A stretch of 64,000 nt of DNA from Lama glama (GCA_028534125.1 CM052817.1:21330001-21394000); one strand, 5' to 3'; numbered from the stretch's first letter, positions 13,185-28,400 are shown. Notes: generated by a model from the sequence alone, not told the origin. A program made the numbers and translations.

Positions 13185-14085
13185 TTTTTTCTTCCAGTTT
13201 TTCTTCCAGTTTTATTGAGATAGACTTGACATAGAGCACCGCATAAGTTTAAGATGCACAGTTTAAAGATTTGACGTACATACATCATGAAATGATTACC
13301 ACAGCAAGTTTAGTGATCATTCATAATCTCATAGATATAAAATAAAAAATTGAAAAAATATTTTCCTTGCAATGAGAACTCAGGATTTACTCCCTTAACT
13401 TTCATATGTAACATACAGCACTGTTAATTATATTTATCATATTTTACATTGCATAGCTAGTACTTATTTATCTTATAACTTGAAGTTTGTATCTTTTGAC
13501 TACCTTCATCCAATTTCTCCTCCTCCAAACCCCCACAGCTGGTATCGACAAATCTGGTCTTTTTCCCCTATGTTTTCTTGTTTATATGTTTCTTTTTGAA
13601 ATAGAATTGACTTTTAATACTATATTAGTTCCTGGTGTACATGTAGTGATTCTATATTTCTATACATTACAAACTAATCACCATGATAACTCCAGTTACC
13701 ATCTGTCACCATATAATTATTATTATCCAAGTACATTATTATTTTTTGACTATATTCCCCACACTGTACATCTCATACCAATGACTCATTTATTTTGTAA
13801 CTAGAAGTGTGTACCTTTTACTTCTCCCTCACCTAATTCTCTCACTGCCCTGCCACTCTCCACCCCTCTGGCATCCATCCACCTGTTCGTTCTCTGTATC
13901 TATGACTCTCTGTTTTGCTGTGTTTGTTACTTGTCTTAGTTTTTTAGATTCTGCTTATGAGTTAAAAGTACAGTATTTGTCTTTCTCTGCCTGACTTATT
14001 TCACTTAGCATAATACCCTCTAGGTCCATCCATGTTGTCACAAATGTCAAGGTTTCATTCCTTTTTATGACTAATATTCCATTGA
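13185..14085 (-). mobile_element. L1MA-type 3' end
   Basis: tttattgagatag...tttcacttagcataataccctctaggtccatccatgttgtcacaaat (reverse of the L1 ORF2 end and 3'UTR). Confidence 0.85.
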
Positions 14086-14394
14086 CTTGATAGCATACCA
14101 GCTTAGCCATCCTCATGATTTGAGTTTTTGGTTCTTTCTGCCACACGTGTACTTTAATCTCTCAACAATTCATTTCCCCAGATACATGAAGAGAGAGATG
14201 TATCCAGTGATGTGCCTTGAAGGCTTATCTCATTCCAAAACAGAGACCATGTGGCATCCTGCTCTCCACCCCCTGCTGTTTTCTTCCTCTCCCTCGGAAG
14301 ATGGAGTCCTCTCTTCTTTAATGAGCAACATATTCCTCCTTCCCTCTCTGTATCCATGATTAGCTAATACCATGTTCTTACTTGAAGAAAAAAA

Positions 14395-15650
14395 AGAGGA
14401 AATCATCTTCAATGAACGGTGTTAGAAAAACTGGACAGCCACATGCAAAAGAATGAAACTGGACCTCTATCTTACACCATACTCAAAAATGCACTCAAAA
14501 TGGACTAAAGACTTGAACATAAGGCCTTAATTTCTAAATTTCCTGCAAAAAAGTAGGTGGTAGGCTCCTTGACACTGGTCTTGGCAATGATTTTGAGGAA
14601 TTGATACCTAACGGCAGACAAAACAAAAAAAATGAGACTGCATCAAATTAAAAAGCTTCTGCTTAGCAGGACAAATCATCAACAAAGTGAAAAAGCAACC
14701 TATGAAATGGGAGAAAAATTTTGCATGGTATACATCTGACATGGGGTTAATATCCAAAATATATAAAAAACTCATTCAAGTCAATAGCAAAACAACAATA
14801 ACAAGAACCTGATTTTAAAAATGGGCAGAGGATCTGAATATACAAAGAAGATGCCCAACAGGTACATGAAAACATTCTCAACATTATTAATTATTATGGA
14901 AATGCAAATCGCAGTCACAAGAGATATTACCTCACACCTGGTAGAATGACTGTTATCGAAAGATAAGAAATGACAAGTGTTGGTGAGAATATAGAGAAAA
15001 GGGAACCGTTGTGCACTCTTGGTGGGAATATAAATTAATGCAGCTACTGTGGAAAACAGCATGGAGGTTCCCCCCAAAACTAAAACTACCATATAACCTA
15101 GCAATTCCACTCCTGGGCATTTATCTGAAGGAAACAAAAATACTAACACGAAAAAATGCACTCCCATGTTCATTGCTGCCTTATTTACAATAGCCAAGAC
15201 ATAGAAAGAACCTAAATGTCCAACAATGGATAAATGGATAAAGAAGATGCGGTATACAGATTCAAAGGAATTTTATTTATCTGTAAAAAAGAATGAAATC
15301 TTGCCATTCCCAACAACCTGGATGGATCTTGAGGGCACTATGCTAAATGAAAGAAGTCAGACAGAGAAAGACAAATATTGTATGATCTCTCAAGCCAAAA
15401 CAAAAAAACATAAATCAGGAGCTTTATGGATACAGAGAACAGATTGGTGATTGCCAGAGGTATGGGGTAGGGAGTAGGTGAAATGGGTAAAGAGGTCACA
15501 AAGTACAAATTTCCAATTATACAATAGAATTAGTCATGGGGGTTTAAAGTACAGCATGGTGACTATAATAAATCATACTGTATTGCCTACTTGAAAGTTG
15601 CTAAGAATGTAAACCTTTAAGTTCTTATTATAAGAAAAATATTCGTAAAA
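14395..15650 (+). mobile_element. L1MA-type ORF2 C-terminus and 3'UTR
   Basis: Fragments LWKTAWRF and MDKWIKK...TTWMDLEGTMLNE are typical of L1 ORF2. Confidence 0.9.
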
Positions 15651-15689
15651 ATGATGTTATTCTATAGATGGGTTTATAACAAAGCAGGG

Positions 15690-15800
15690 GTGGGGCATGC
15701 TTGTTATTATACTACTAATTGCTCCTATATATCCTCCTTGTGCACTCAACAGATTATAATATGATGCAGATTCATCGTTTGGAATTAAACATTGTGTTAC
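15690..15800 (-). pseudogene. Possible decayed cadherin exon fragment
   Basis: DESASYYNLLSAQGG in ORF 15657-15869 resembles DRE..YxLxVxAxDGG; short and weak. Confidence 0.3.
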
Positions 15801-16329
15801 CATCCCCAAAAGAGAGAAAAAGAAAAAAGAAAGAGGAAGCATTGCTCGTAGGGCTGCTTGTTTTTCCAAAGAATAATCACCTTGTTGATTTGGGGGGGGG
15901 GCTGTCTTTTATACTGGCCTCATTTAGGAAGATTTGGATAGGATAATATGAGGAGCCAGAAAAGAAGCCATAAGGAAATCTTTCCTGGATACCCAGTGTT
16001 TGGAGGTTGAACGTTTCTTAGAGTGATGCTGAAGGCTAGAGTCAGTTCTTGTACCACGCCTGTGCTGGTATATTCCTTGATCCTTTTAATACTGTATCAT
16101 AATATGTCCTTTCTTTCTGCTAGGCATCTACTTTATGTGTTGTAATTCCAGAGAAAATGGAAGGAAAATAAATACTGAGGGATCAACATATTTGCTTTAT
16201 TTATTTGAATGATACCATTTCCTCCTTGTCCAAGGCCAATTATGAATAAACAGTATCTAATTCAGTCTCTAGAGGAGTTCTAATTCAGTCTTACACTGAG
16301 GGTATCGGAAAGAAATATCATATGGATCA

Positions 16330-16600
16330 ACAATGTAAGCCACATATATAACTTAAAATTTTACAGTATTTGTGTTTTTAAAAAAAGATGAAGAGTTTAA
16401 TGATTTGTTTTAACCTAGCATTTCTAAAATACAATCATGTCAATACATAACCAGTAAAAAGGAACAAGATATTTTACACTGTTTTTTTTATGCTGAGTTT
16501 TCAAAACCGCAGGCATTATACACATTAAGCACACCTCAATTCGGACGAAACACATTTCAAGCGCTCAATAGTCAGATGTGGTTTGTGGCTACCATCACAG
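16330..16600. mobile_element. MER33-like hAT MITE
   Basis: gcacacctcaattcggac...cacatttcaagcgctcaatagtcagatgtggtttgtggctacc. Confidence 0.7.
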
Positions 16601-16809
16601 GAATAGTCCATTCATTTCCCAGCTTTATGTACATGGAGATGGGGGCTCCTAATTGTCCCGTGTGTTAGTGGGTCTTAGGTTATATCCCCTGCATTATTAC
16701 CTCAAATGAATTAAAAAATTGAAATTAATTTCATGCAAATGTCATCTGGGCAGAAGCCATCTTAAGTATTCAGTTTTCATCCATGAGTTGTCATATTCAC
16801 TTGTTTTTT

Positions 16810-17150
16810 TTTTCCAATTTTTAATTTTTATTGTAATGTGTGAACTTTTCCTAAAAGAAAATATACGTACAGAAAAGTGAACTAACCCAAAGTGCACAAA
16901 TCAAAGAATGGTCACAAAGGAAACACACCTGTGTACCCAGTCCATAGCTCAAAAAAATCAACCAATATCAGCATACAAGAAATCACCCTTGGGTCACTTC
17001 CCAGATCACAATTTTTCTGCAAAATTAATCACTAGCCTGACTTTTAACACCAAGTATTTGCCTGCTTGTCAACTTTACGTACATGGAGTTATACAGTAGG
17101 CACTCCTTCGTTTCTGCTTTTTTTTCCATTCACCATTTATGTTGGTTTTA
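16810..17150 (-). mobile_element. Old L1 (L1MC/ME) 3' fragment
   Basis: tacagaaaagtgaactaa...atggagttatacagtaggcactcc. Confidence 0.6.
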
Positions 17151-17205
17151 TTTGGTTCTTGATTTCTATGAATACTTTTCTAAGTTGCCAGGCATTGATA
17201 CATTT

Positions 17206-17790
17206 TGAAAATGAGCAGAGCAGCCTCTGACAGCCAAGACTGGCCTAGCGGTCAGGGGTTGCTAGGAGCTAACTGGTCACTCACAGCCAGGGCAGGGTGT
17301 TCCGCTGTGGAACATGAACAGTTTCACAGAACACCTTCAGACAAGCGCTCTCCATGATCAAAATGGATCCCCAGGAAAACATGTCCATTCTGTAATAATT
17401 TATGAAATAAAAAAAAACCCAAAAAACAAAAACAGAATATATACCAAACCACAAAAATGATCAAAATCAAATTTCTCTCTGTTCTGGCTAACATAAGAAA
17501 CTTGCTGCTTCTTTCTAAATTATAGCTCTAGACTTGCCTCATTCCTCCCACCTACTAGATAAGATCTATTAAGATGCCAAATCATAAAATTATCTTCATA
17601 TTCTGACAGCATACAGTTTAGAGCAAAGCCTACTTCCTTGATTCCTCCCCTAAACCACATTCAAAAGTCAAATCCTGTAAGTACTTCTGTCGCCCCATTA
17701 CTGAGATGCTTTAGCTTTCCATGATGTGCTTTCTCTTCTGCTCCAACAAGTAGAAAGCAAAACAACACAATTTTGTTCAACTACAGATCA
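17206..17790 (+). mobile_element. ERV1 solo LTR (MER67/MER31-like)
   Basis: TG start; internal ctgacagcatacag..agagcaaagcc and 3' tttgttcaactacag motifs. Family assignment from memory. Confidence 0.55.
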
Positions 17791-18362
17791 TATGAGTAAA
17801 CTGACAATGGAAAAATTTTGAAATAAAAAAATGTTAAAATGTTAAAAATATAATAAATGAATGTGTGAAATGCAGTCATTTGATTGTTACCAAATACTTT
17901 GGATGCTATGGCCTTCTACCTTATCCTAAAGCTCTTTATGAATGAATAAAATTAAGTCTTTCAGAAAATTTTAAAAGTGTACATCACTTTTTGCATCTTC
18001 CATTTATATGCTTGTAGATTGTTTTCATTTAGTCATCAAAATCATTACATGCTTTTATGTTTAGGGCTATCATACAATCAATATTTGGTAAAAAAATGAA
18101 AGAAGTCATGAGAAAACTACTGCTTAGATTATTAATGAGAGATGAGCTCCATCATTCATTTTCTTTTGTTTCATTTCCTCAGACACCAATGACACGTACA
18201 ATAGGTGATAGGATAGTGACCTGGAAAGAATATTTTTCTCTGTGCAAAAACCATTGTCATATGTCATATTCAAACCCTTAAACTTTGACATAATTAAAGC
18301 CTTTTTAACCAATTTTACCAAAACGATCTGATTTAGATGATCTATTTTTAAAAGGATGTCAC

Positions 18363-18681
18363 CCATGTATTTATATTCAGGAAGACATGGGCTCTAAATC
18401 TCTCTCCTTCTTCACTTGGAAGATGTGCATAGTGACTGTCATCTACTCCACAATTACAGCTCCTGTATGATTTGCTAGTCAGTAGTGTGAGAAGATCTGT
18501 ACCCAGACTTGGAACAAATGGATTGTGTGATGAGAGTCCTGGGGAACATTTATGATGCTTGTGCTATTCCAACTGCTGTTCTGGGTTTTCTTTTTCCTGT
18601 TTCGAAGACTGGCTGTGACAGTGGCAGAGACAGTCAGTGATTTAAGAGCGAAGGAGAGTGCTGCTGTTACAGCTGGGGTGT
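18363..18681 (-). pseudogene. Decayed cadherin exon
   Basis: Pyrimidine-rich acceptor ...ccattcatcacAG (18682-18684). Translation SLTVSATVTASL...STSIINVPQDS...LFQVW-GTDL...ANHTGAVIV matches the TATVxV / IxVPED / VxAxD / IN..TG.I pattern. Confidence 0.6.
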
Positions 18682-19478
18682 CTGTGATGAATGGAGGCAG
18701 AGCAAGCAAGAAGGAAAGAAGATGTGAAATAAGGGAAGAGGGATAGAAAATGACAGATTTAAAGCCATTCTCTAAAATATCTGCCAGTTTATCCTGTGAG
18801 GTAAAATACACAATTTTAATTTTGAGAGATTTTATGGAATGTCATGCTAAATTTGTTTGAATCGTGGTTTTAAAGATAAATCATTATCTATTTAACAATT
18901 ACACTACTTTGAGAGGAGATTCTATTTATTCTTTGTTCTTGGACTTCTTAAAATTTTGATTTTTGCTGAAATAATGCACAAAATACTGTTTTTAACAAAA
19001 CATAGTTGAGATATTTAAAAACATTGTAAATGTTTTCTTTATTGCTCAGGTCAATAATATTTTTGAACCATATTTTGCTTTCATTTGGAAAACTTAATAA
19101 AATGTTGATATGGCCACTGTGACTTTTCTAAAATTTGATTATGTAAGCAATGTACGAAGCATATTTTATATAATCTCTGCAATGGTGGCTGCTGTAAGAA
19201 ACAAACAAAAAGGTGGATACAATAAACTTTTACTCCATTAAAACTTTTAAATATTGGATCAAATCTAACATTTGAATACACACAAAACAATTGATGAACA
19301 AAGTCAGTATACAATTTAGGCCAATAGGAAACATCCTTTGGGGATTTTGGTACAATCAGGAAAAGAAAGACCAGAGTTAAGCACCTTTATTATGGATGGT
19401 AAAACACATGGATCATCCAATGGGCCAAGAGGGTAATTAATTAGAAGGATTCCACTTTTTACTCTAAGCTGTGTTTAC

Positions 19479-19725
19479 CTAGAATTTCATCATCTCACAG
19501 CATCTCTGTAGAGTTGGTGGAACGAATTTCAGAGGATGCAGTTTGCATAAGACATGGAGAACTCCCTAAGAAGAAACTCATTCTAGGAAGAAGACCGCAA
19601 GACACCTATGCCTGTTCTCAAAGCACTACTGCAGAATGGAGGAAGAGAGACAATTATGAATATGGCTAACCTCTTGCCAAGACATCATGGGTTTGTACTT
19701 GTAGTTGAAAGGAGAAGAGATCTCC
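19479..19725 (-). pseudogene. Decayed cadherin exon
   Basis: Strong acceptor tttatttttttccAG (19726-19728) and donor AG/gtaaac. Starts (R)EIS-SFQLQVQTHD, matching DRE...YxLxVxAxD. Confidence 0.6.
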
Positions 19726-20887
19726 CTGGAAAAAAATAAAGTCTATCATCACAAAAAAATCTCTGGGGTGCCACAGCATGAATCACTCCAAAAGGTATGT
19801 GTAGGCGATCCTCTCTTGCTCCATCACAGAATATAGAGCATTAACAAACTACGCAAACTTAGGCAAAATAGTTGAGCTTTAAGAACCTCAGTTCCCACAT
19901 GTAAAAAAATAAAAGAAAAGTAATAAATGATAATAATAACAGTGATAGCAATAATAGCATCAATTTCATGTTGTTGCTGGGAGATTAAATGTTTAATATT
20001 TATAAAGAACTTGGAAGAGTGTTTCACATTTATTAACTATTCACTAAATGCTAACTCCATTGATATGCACTTGGAGCTGTTTTATATATATTTCCTGCTT
20101 ATTTAATTTGATGACAGAGAAATTTTCAATGTAGCCCTGTAACTTAAAATCATTTAAAACTAAAATTTACCCACAAGCAATATCTATATTTTAGTTTACT
20201 TAATGAATATATCTTAAAAACAAATCTAATTAAAAAATAAAATATTTATACATAATCTTGAAGTTCAATAGTACTAATGAATCTCGACTCTGAAATTACA
20301 AAATGTCAAAACTTTTCATGTATTATTTATTTAACATATCAACATAAAATACATAAAATACAGTAGAAATAACAAAACTTCAATAAATCTCTACATGAGT
20401 TTTAAAATCCAAAGCTACGTGGTTTGGTTTGAAAAATAAAATCTCCATTATTCCAGGATTTTAGCCTAGAAAAACCTCTTGTGGATTTCAATGATCTACA
20501 AAAAAGGTTATTCAGATATTCATGGATTCATTCAGGACATGCCAGAAAATCAAGAAGATAATTCTATATTTGATCATTTTTGCTATACATATGTATATAT
20601 TGAAGGAATACATAACCGCTGGATAATATTTGTAGTAAAGCAAATAAGTAAAGCAAATAAGATTTCCTTTTTAAAATAACTCATTTAAATAAAGGCTATA
20701 TAAGGTTAATGTTATCAATGTAGAGATCCATATTAGATTTTATTTTTAAAACATTGGTATTTAAGTACTTATTATTTCAATCAATTACATACTTTGACTA
20801 CTGTAGGCAAGCCACGCTGGAAGGTGAACTGGGAGTATATAAAGATTATTAATAGCTTTAAAATTTAGAATAGACTAGGAGAAAGTT

Positions 20888-21292
20888 ACTATAGGCTGAA
20901 TTACATCCCTCTAAAATTAATATGTTGAAGCTCTAGTCCCTAGTATCTCAGAATATGTATTTGGAGATAAGGTCTTTTAAAGAGGTAGTTAAGTTAAAAA
21001 TGAAGCCATTAGAATGGACCTCAATACAATCTGACCAGTGTCCTTATAAGAAGAGGAACTTTGGATACACAAAAAAGATACCAGAAATAGGTTTGCACAT
21101 AGAAAAGACCAGGTAAAGACACAGGGTAAGGAGGCCTTCTGCAAGCCAAGAAGAGATGCTTCAAAAGAACCCAAACCTGCCAACACCTTGATGTTGGACT
21201 TCCAGCCTTCAGAATTTGGGGAAAATAAGTTTCTGTTGCTTAAGTAAGCTAATCCATGATATTTTGTTACAGCAGCCCTAGCAAATTAATAC
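20888..21292 (+). mobile_element. MaLR LTR (MLT1A/B-like)
   Basis: tatttggagataaggtc...gtccttataagaagagg...gttacagcagccctagcaaattaataca. Confidence 0.9.
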
Positions 21293-23827
21293 AAAACCAT
21301 GCAGTCTCTAAAATAATCGGGGGACTAGAATCAATAGACTTTTTTCACCTCTGAGTTCACATCAGAAACTATAGTTCATGTTTGTAAAACACCTTATTTC
21401 ATGTTGCATTCTTCAGTGTTATAATTGTTCAATTGATCTATCTTTCCAAGTAGACTATAGACCATTCAAGGACAAAAAAACTATGTATTACTCATTTATG
21501 TACTTGTTATGTATAGCATAGATTTATGCCCTTTTGTAGGAGATGAACAACTGCCTGTTAACTGAATGTTTGTTTGGCTACCAGGGGAAACTGTAAAAGA
21601 GGGAATTATATAGATGCATTTAGGTCATAATGTGTCATCATTAAGATGTTAATGAAAGCAAAAGAGAACACCGAAAGGGGACTGATTTGAGATGAATTCA
21701 CTGAACTGGGTTTGGGCATAGTGTATGAGTTGCTGGTGTGCAACTTTGTTAGAAATTACTTCATGCAAGAAATGTGGGATGAGTCAAGAGAAAAGGATCT
21801 GTAAAAATGAGAGTCACCAAGATACACACAAATAATGAAACCATGTAAATAGATAATATTTTACATGAAAAAACCTTGATAATCCTGCATATTAAAAAGT
21901 TAGGTATAAGAGAAAGTACCAGTGAAGGAGTTGAAAAGGAAGACAAAGGAAAGAGCTAGACAGAAAAATCAGTCCTATAAAGGAAAAACATTTAAGGAAC
22001 AGATAACCAAAATTGTCAAATACTAAATAGAAAGTAAAGGAGACAAGGACTGAAATAACAGTAATTATGACGTGAAACAGTATTACCAATACTAAACTTA
22101 GTAGTGAGAGAGATAAAAAGTCAACAAACAAAAGGAGAAAGAGTACATGTGCCAGACACTTCTATTTGTTCATTGATAGACAGTTCTCTTTTTAAAGGCA
22201 TACAGAAGTCAACTCTTCCCTATGACTTATAGACAGGTAAGATCAGGTGACTAATGTTGACTAAAAACATGTGACAAAAAATAAAATATTATACCTTGAC
22301 TAACATATTTAATTGCAACAGAAAGCCACTTTGTGTCTTCTCCTACAAAACAGACAGCCACATAATCTAAAGAGTGCAGCTATACCAGGAAGGTCTGTGA
22401 GTGACTTTGTGGAGTGGGATTCTACTAACCTCATTGATACAATGAGCCATGAAGAAATTTAAACAGATTAAACTGGGCTAATCCTTAGGTGTTTTCTGAA
22501 GGAAAGCTAATAAAAAGACGAATGGCAGTTTGAGAGGTAAACAAAATGAAGGCAATGGTTTAAGTTGAGTGACATAATATTTTTGCAGCTAAGGAAAATG
22601 GATAAGTGAATCAAGGGACTGAAAATATATAAGTATAATAAATGGAAGGCATATAAAGAGAACATAAGTCAAAATCCTCTCCTTGGGAAATTCTACAGAC
22701 AAAACTCATGGCTAGGTTTACCATAGGCTTGTGGATATGGAGTAAGTACCAAAGGTTAGCTGAGAGGCGAAACCACGCAGAGAATGAGTAAGGAATGAAG
22801 ATACAGCTGAAATTGTATCTGTTGCACCCAGGATGGGTAACAAGATGAATGCATGTTGACAGGGATGATTGAGGGGCAATTATTGAAACACTGAGAATGT
22901 CTAAACAGAATTAGTCATTCTTACTATTAAACTTGAACAAAGTTTACAGGTAGACCAGAGGAGAACTGGCTAATTTCATTTGTAGAATATCAGGGAAGGA
23001 TGAAGACAGGAGATAATATACTTACAAAATGAGTGCTTTTGGAAGATAAACAGGAGTTTGGTTGGGAGATGAATTAGGGGAAGCCATTTCAAGTAGAGAG
23101 AACTAATTTGGAAGTAATATATAATCAGATGTTTCAGAAATACAAGCAATGTAGAATAATAGAGCAATGAGATACTAAGAAAAATTAGGCAAATTCTAAA
23201 TCTCTTGTTATTTTCCTTGCTTAGGATTTGGACTTCATGTTAGAGGGAAAATAATACTATTAAACAATACAGGGACATAATACATCTTTCATTCTAGAAA
23301 AACTGAATCACCAAATGGCTAATACAATTTAAACTCCATAAAAAGGTATCAAAGTGTACATATCTTACAAACTTTGGTATGATTCAATTTATTTATTTGT
23401 TTTATGGGGTTGTAATAATAATTTATGAAGTGCTATTTCATCCTCAAAAGAGATGGGCTAACATCACAGTTTCAAAATTACCAAGTATTTTGTTTTGCCA
23501 CACCTGTCAAAGGCTTAGGTAAGTTTTGTCATTGAGGTTTTTGGTCCATTTTGCAAAACAGACATAAGAACAATTGTACTCAGTTCTTTTGTAAAGGAAA
23601 AAGGGATGTCAACAATTTATAAAAAGGAAGAAATTATTTAATAAGGCTATAACCCTTATAACCAAATAATGTGGAGAAGCAATATATATAATAACTCTTC
23701 CAGTATGTACCAAGCTTCAAAGTATTTTTGATGTTTTCTACTAATTAAAAGGACTCACTGTAGCTACATTCACAAAATATTTGAAATGGTCATATTTAAA
23801 CTTTTGATGTTTTACCTTAGTGCTTAC

Positions 23828-23995
23828 CTTTAAAATTGTAATCATCTCTATGATGCTACTTTGAATCTGCTCTAAATTTACTATACTAACTTTTGTGATG
23901 CCTCAACTATTGGCACAGCGTTCTAAACAACTCTGAGGGATGACTGAGGTAATCACTTTGAATAATTCCTCAAGTGGCAAACTTCTGCCATTTGC
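23828..23995 (-). pseudogene. Possible decayed cadherin exon
   Basis: Donor AAG/gtaagc at 23822-23827. Peptide QIQSSIIEMITILK with upstream NAVPIV; weak motif match. Confidence 0.35.
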
Positions 23996-25257
23996 TTAAG
24001 AAAACTTTCAAAATAAGCTCAATTACCATTACGAGAAAAAGTTTCTACTTAGTCAACTCTTATTACAGTTGTTTCTTTATTTTTAATTTCACACTATCTT
24101 GGCATTAACTTAACCATCAATCATCTCCCATCTGTATTCCTGTAGTGTTTTCTCCATCCTTTCATATAGCAATTGTCGCCAAGAAGCTCCACAAGGAGAA
24201 AGATTATTTTTAATCTCAGTAACTATGTTTAATAAGGTTTTAATACATTTTATTTGAATAAAATTTTCATTAAGGACAATAGAAGGCAAATTAATTTTCT
24301 AAAAAGATAAGTTGCCTACATTGAAATGCTAGTCAACAAAAAAAATCTATAAACATCCCTTATATCTAAAATATTTTCTGAAAAAAAGTCCTAAAATTTC
24401 CTCTGTTAAGCTGAGGTATAATCTTCAGGAGTAATCTTAAATTGTAGGGCACATATTATATTAGGTAAGATGAAGATATAAATACTAAAATAATGTTGTA
24501 TGTGTAGAGAGCCTTTTACAGTGAATACATGTATTTTACACACATTTGATTCTTGGAACATCCATATACAGCAGGTAGACCTGGTATTATTACTCTCCCA
24601 CTTCAGAGGAGAACATTAAAAGACTAAAATCTTGAGTTATTTTTCCTAAAAACACTCAACAACCAAATGACATTGGGATATTATCCAGGTTTCCTAGCTC
24701 CAGGTTTGTATTCTTTCTACTAAATCACTACATAAATTCAACAGACAGAGTTATGCAATAAAAAATCTGTATTAAAGCCATGAAACCATAGAGAATAAGG
24801 ATAAAACTTGTACATTAGGACTATTGATAAAGTAATAGAAAGAAAGACTGAGGAGAATTTAAACATGAAGATTTAAATGTGTCACACCTAACAAGGCTGC
24901 AATATGGAATAAAACTCTACTTGTATCACTACGAAGAGCTGAAGAAATGAATATAATTACTTAAAAACTGAATTTACGTAAACCAGAAAATATAAGAAAT
25001 ATCCCAAAGTATACTTATGATATAAAAAGCTATGCTCATTTGATTTAAAATTATGATTAAGGGAGAAAAGGCAAACACTAACACAGTCCACTGTTAATCA
25101 AATACACAAACTAACCTCTTTCAAGGTCTGAATCTTCTTTAGAACAAAATGTAATACAGAGGTCAGGCACCAAAGGGTCAAAAATAACAGGAAAGATAAA
25201 CACCATTTATTTCCCTGTGAAGAAAATTTGTAGCTAGACTAGTGATGCAGTACTTAC

Positions 25258-25447
25258 ATTATGCTGACATACTGGCTGTTAAGACTTATGTGGAAAGCTG
25301 GGTTCAGGAAAATAATAACGTGCAATTGTGCATAGTTTTGAAGGATGGTGGTAGCATCTGTGTTACACTGTCCTTGCTGACTAAATCACTCTTGCTTATT
25401 GGAATCTACTTTAGGGGCAAAATTTTTGCAGAACACTGGAGTTGAAT
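25258..25447 (-). pseudogene. Decayed cadherin exon
   Basis: Acceptor ctttatccattAG and consensus donor /gtaagt (25252-25257). Peptide TDATTILQNYAQLHVII resembles AxD..P.L...AxVxVxI. Confidence 0.45.
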
Positions 25448-28400
25448 CTAATGGATAAAGATTTTATATTGCCTTTGGGATGCTATTCTACAGAGGCATC
25501 ATTTGAAGTCTCACATTTATATCAAATTAATGTCAAGGTTGTTTGCAAAAGTTTGTGCTGTTCTGAAAAATTCTATTAACTGAAGCCAGAGAATTTCTTT
25601 ATTATTCAACGTTCTTTTTCCTCTTTCACTATCATTTTTCTCCTTATAAGGTGACAAAATAAAAGATATATCTTTTATGTATAACAATTAAGGTTTTAGG
25701 TTCAGAAGACTTGCACTTCAAATTTGAATTTTTCTACTTAGCTAAATGCCCATATGCAGGTTACATGTACTACTTTAATCTATTAGGTTTCTAAAAGAAC
25801 AAAAAAGGTGAAATTAACACATACCACTTAGGATGAATATTAAACAACATAATACTTATCCAAGAACACAAAGCCATGCCTTTTATATATTAGGTACTGA
25901 TAACATATTCATGGAAGATTCTGCTATTTGCTCCTCCACAAAGCATAACTCTCCTTCTTCTTTACCATTAGAACACTTGATGCTACATGAATTAGAATTG
26001 AAGGTGATTATCAGCTCCATCCCTCTGCAGCTAGAAATGATCCATTAAATGAGTTAAAGCAGAATTTAGGTTGTGCTTTCCTTATTATAATTCATATCCT
26101 TCTCCCTTAGTATGTCATTTTCATTCAGACTGGAAAATAGATGCAGACTGATGATGCAGCAGCCATCTTGAAACCAAAAGGACAGACTACACCCTTAAGA
26201 TATTAGAATGCCCAAGTGATAATTTTAAAAAATGATTGGTTCCTTAATGTTATCATGTTTTTACCCCATCCTAAAATGCTTATCTCTCGACATATTAGAG
26301 AACATGAGAAAAATAAACAACTATTTGTTAAAGGCATTCTATCAGCTATTCCATAGAATGCATATAAACACAGTCATCAGTGACTTAAGTTTTGATGGGA
26401 TCTAATAATGTATTTTTAGTCATTTCTGCTATGTATGATCTTATCTCATATGATGTTATGACTATCCTATTCTAATTGTATCAAAAAGTTCATTTAAAAA
26501 CTATTATTAAAATTATTTATCTATCAACTTTATAAGAAACAATAAAAGCCAACTGGCATATTAAATAGAAACTATATAGGGTACTCACTATGTCTAGATG
26601 GACTGCACTCTTATAAATGTCAACACAGTTTTATGTAAACCTCATGGTAACCACAAGCAAAAACCTATAATAGATTCCAAAAGATAAAGAAAATAGAGAA
26701 TTAGAACATACCAATACAGAAAATTACTACTTCACAAAGGAACACCAAAAAGAAACAAGGGAACCAAAAAAAAAAAAAAAAAAAGGCCAGAAAACAAAAA
26801 GATGGCATTAGTAAGCCCTTATCTATCAACACTTAATCTAAATGTAAGTGAATTGAATTCTCTAATCAAAAGGCATATAGAGTGGCTAGATAGAAAAAAA
26901 CAAGGCCCAACTATATGCTGCCTACAGAAGACTTACTTCAGCTTTAATGACACATATAGACTCAAAGTGAAGGGGCAAAAAAAGATATCTCATGCAAGTG
27001 GAAATCAAAAAAGAGCAGGGATAGCTATACTCATACAGGAAAAAATAGACATTAAGCCAAAAACAGTAACAAAAGACAATGAAGGTTGCTGCATTATGAT
27101 AAAATGCTTGATTCATCAAAAAAATATAAATCATAACTATATACACATACAATATTGGAGTACCTAAATATGTTAAGCAAATACTAACAGATTAAAGAGA
27201 AAAATAGAAAATAACACAATAGAAGGTCACTTTAATACCTTAATTTCAGCAATGGATATATCATCTAGACAGAAGATGAATGGAAAAAAAAAGAAAATTG
27301 GAATTGAACAATACTTTAGACCAAATGGACCTAACAGATAAAGAGAGAACATTCCATCAACAGCAGCAGGATACACATTCTTCTTAAGGGCACATAGAAC
27401 ATTCTTCAGAACAGATTATATGAAAGGCCACAAAACAAATCTTAGCAAATTTAAGAAGATCGAAATCACACCAAGTACCCTTCTGATTAGAAAATACAAA
27501 AATAGAAATAAATAACAGGAGAAAAACTGAACAGTTTACAAATACATACAAATTAAACAACATACTCCTGGGTCAAATGGGTCAAAGAAGAAACCAAAAA
27601 GGAAATAAAAGTATATCTTGAATAAAAATGGAGAAAAAAAATCATACTAAACCTGTGAGATGCTACAAAAGCAGTCCTAAGATGAAGGTGTACAGCAATA
27701 AATCAGTATTACTAGGAAAAAAGAAAGACCTCTTGAAACAACTTAACTTCATACTTTATGGAACTAGAAAAAAGAAGAACAAGATAAGCTTAAAGTTGGA
27801 AGAAGAAAGGAAATAACAAAGATTGGCAGAGAAATAAAATGAATCAGGGACCAGAAAAACAATGGAAAAGATCAATGAAACTCAAAGTTTATATCTGAAA
27901 AGAAAACAAAACTCACAAATATTTAGCTAGACTAAAGTAGAGAAAACTCAAATAAATAAATCAGAAATGAACAAAGAGACACTCCAACTGATACCATGAA
28001 ATACACAGGATTTTAAGAGCCTACTATGTACATTAGAATGCCAACAAATTGAGTAATCTAGAAAAATGGATAAATTCCTAGAAACTTACAACTTACCAAG
28101 ACTATATCATAAAGAAATAGAAAATATTAAAAGTATAATCATGAATAAGGAGATTCAATTAGTAACCAAGAACCTCCCAAAAGAAAAGCCCAGGACCAAA
28201 TGGTTTCACTGGTAAAGTCTACCAAACATTTTAAAAAGAATTAGTGCCAATCCTTCTCAAGTTCCTTCAGAAATTGTAGATAAAGGAACAGAACCTAACT
28301 CTTTTTATGAGACCAGCCTAACCCTGATACCAAAGCTAGATAAAGATACTACAATAAAATAAAACTACAGAGAAATTCTCTTATGAATATTGATTTAAAG

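Noticed and set aside
13185..15650. Opposite-strand L1 pair as a twin-priming inversion
   Set aside because: Both pieces contain their own 3' ends and are separated by unrelated sequence, so they are independent insertions.
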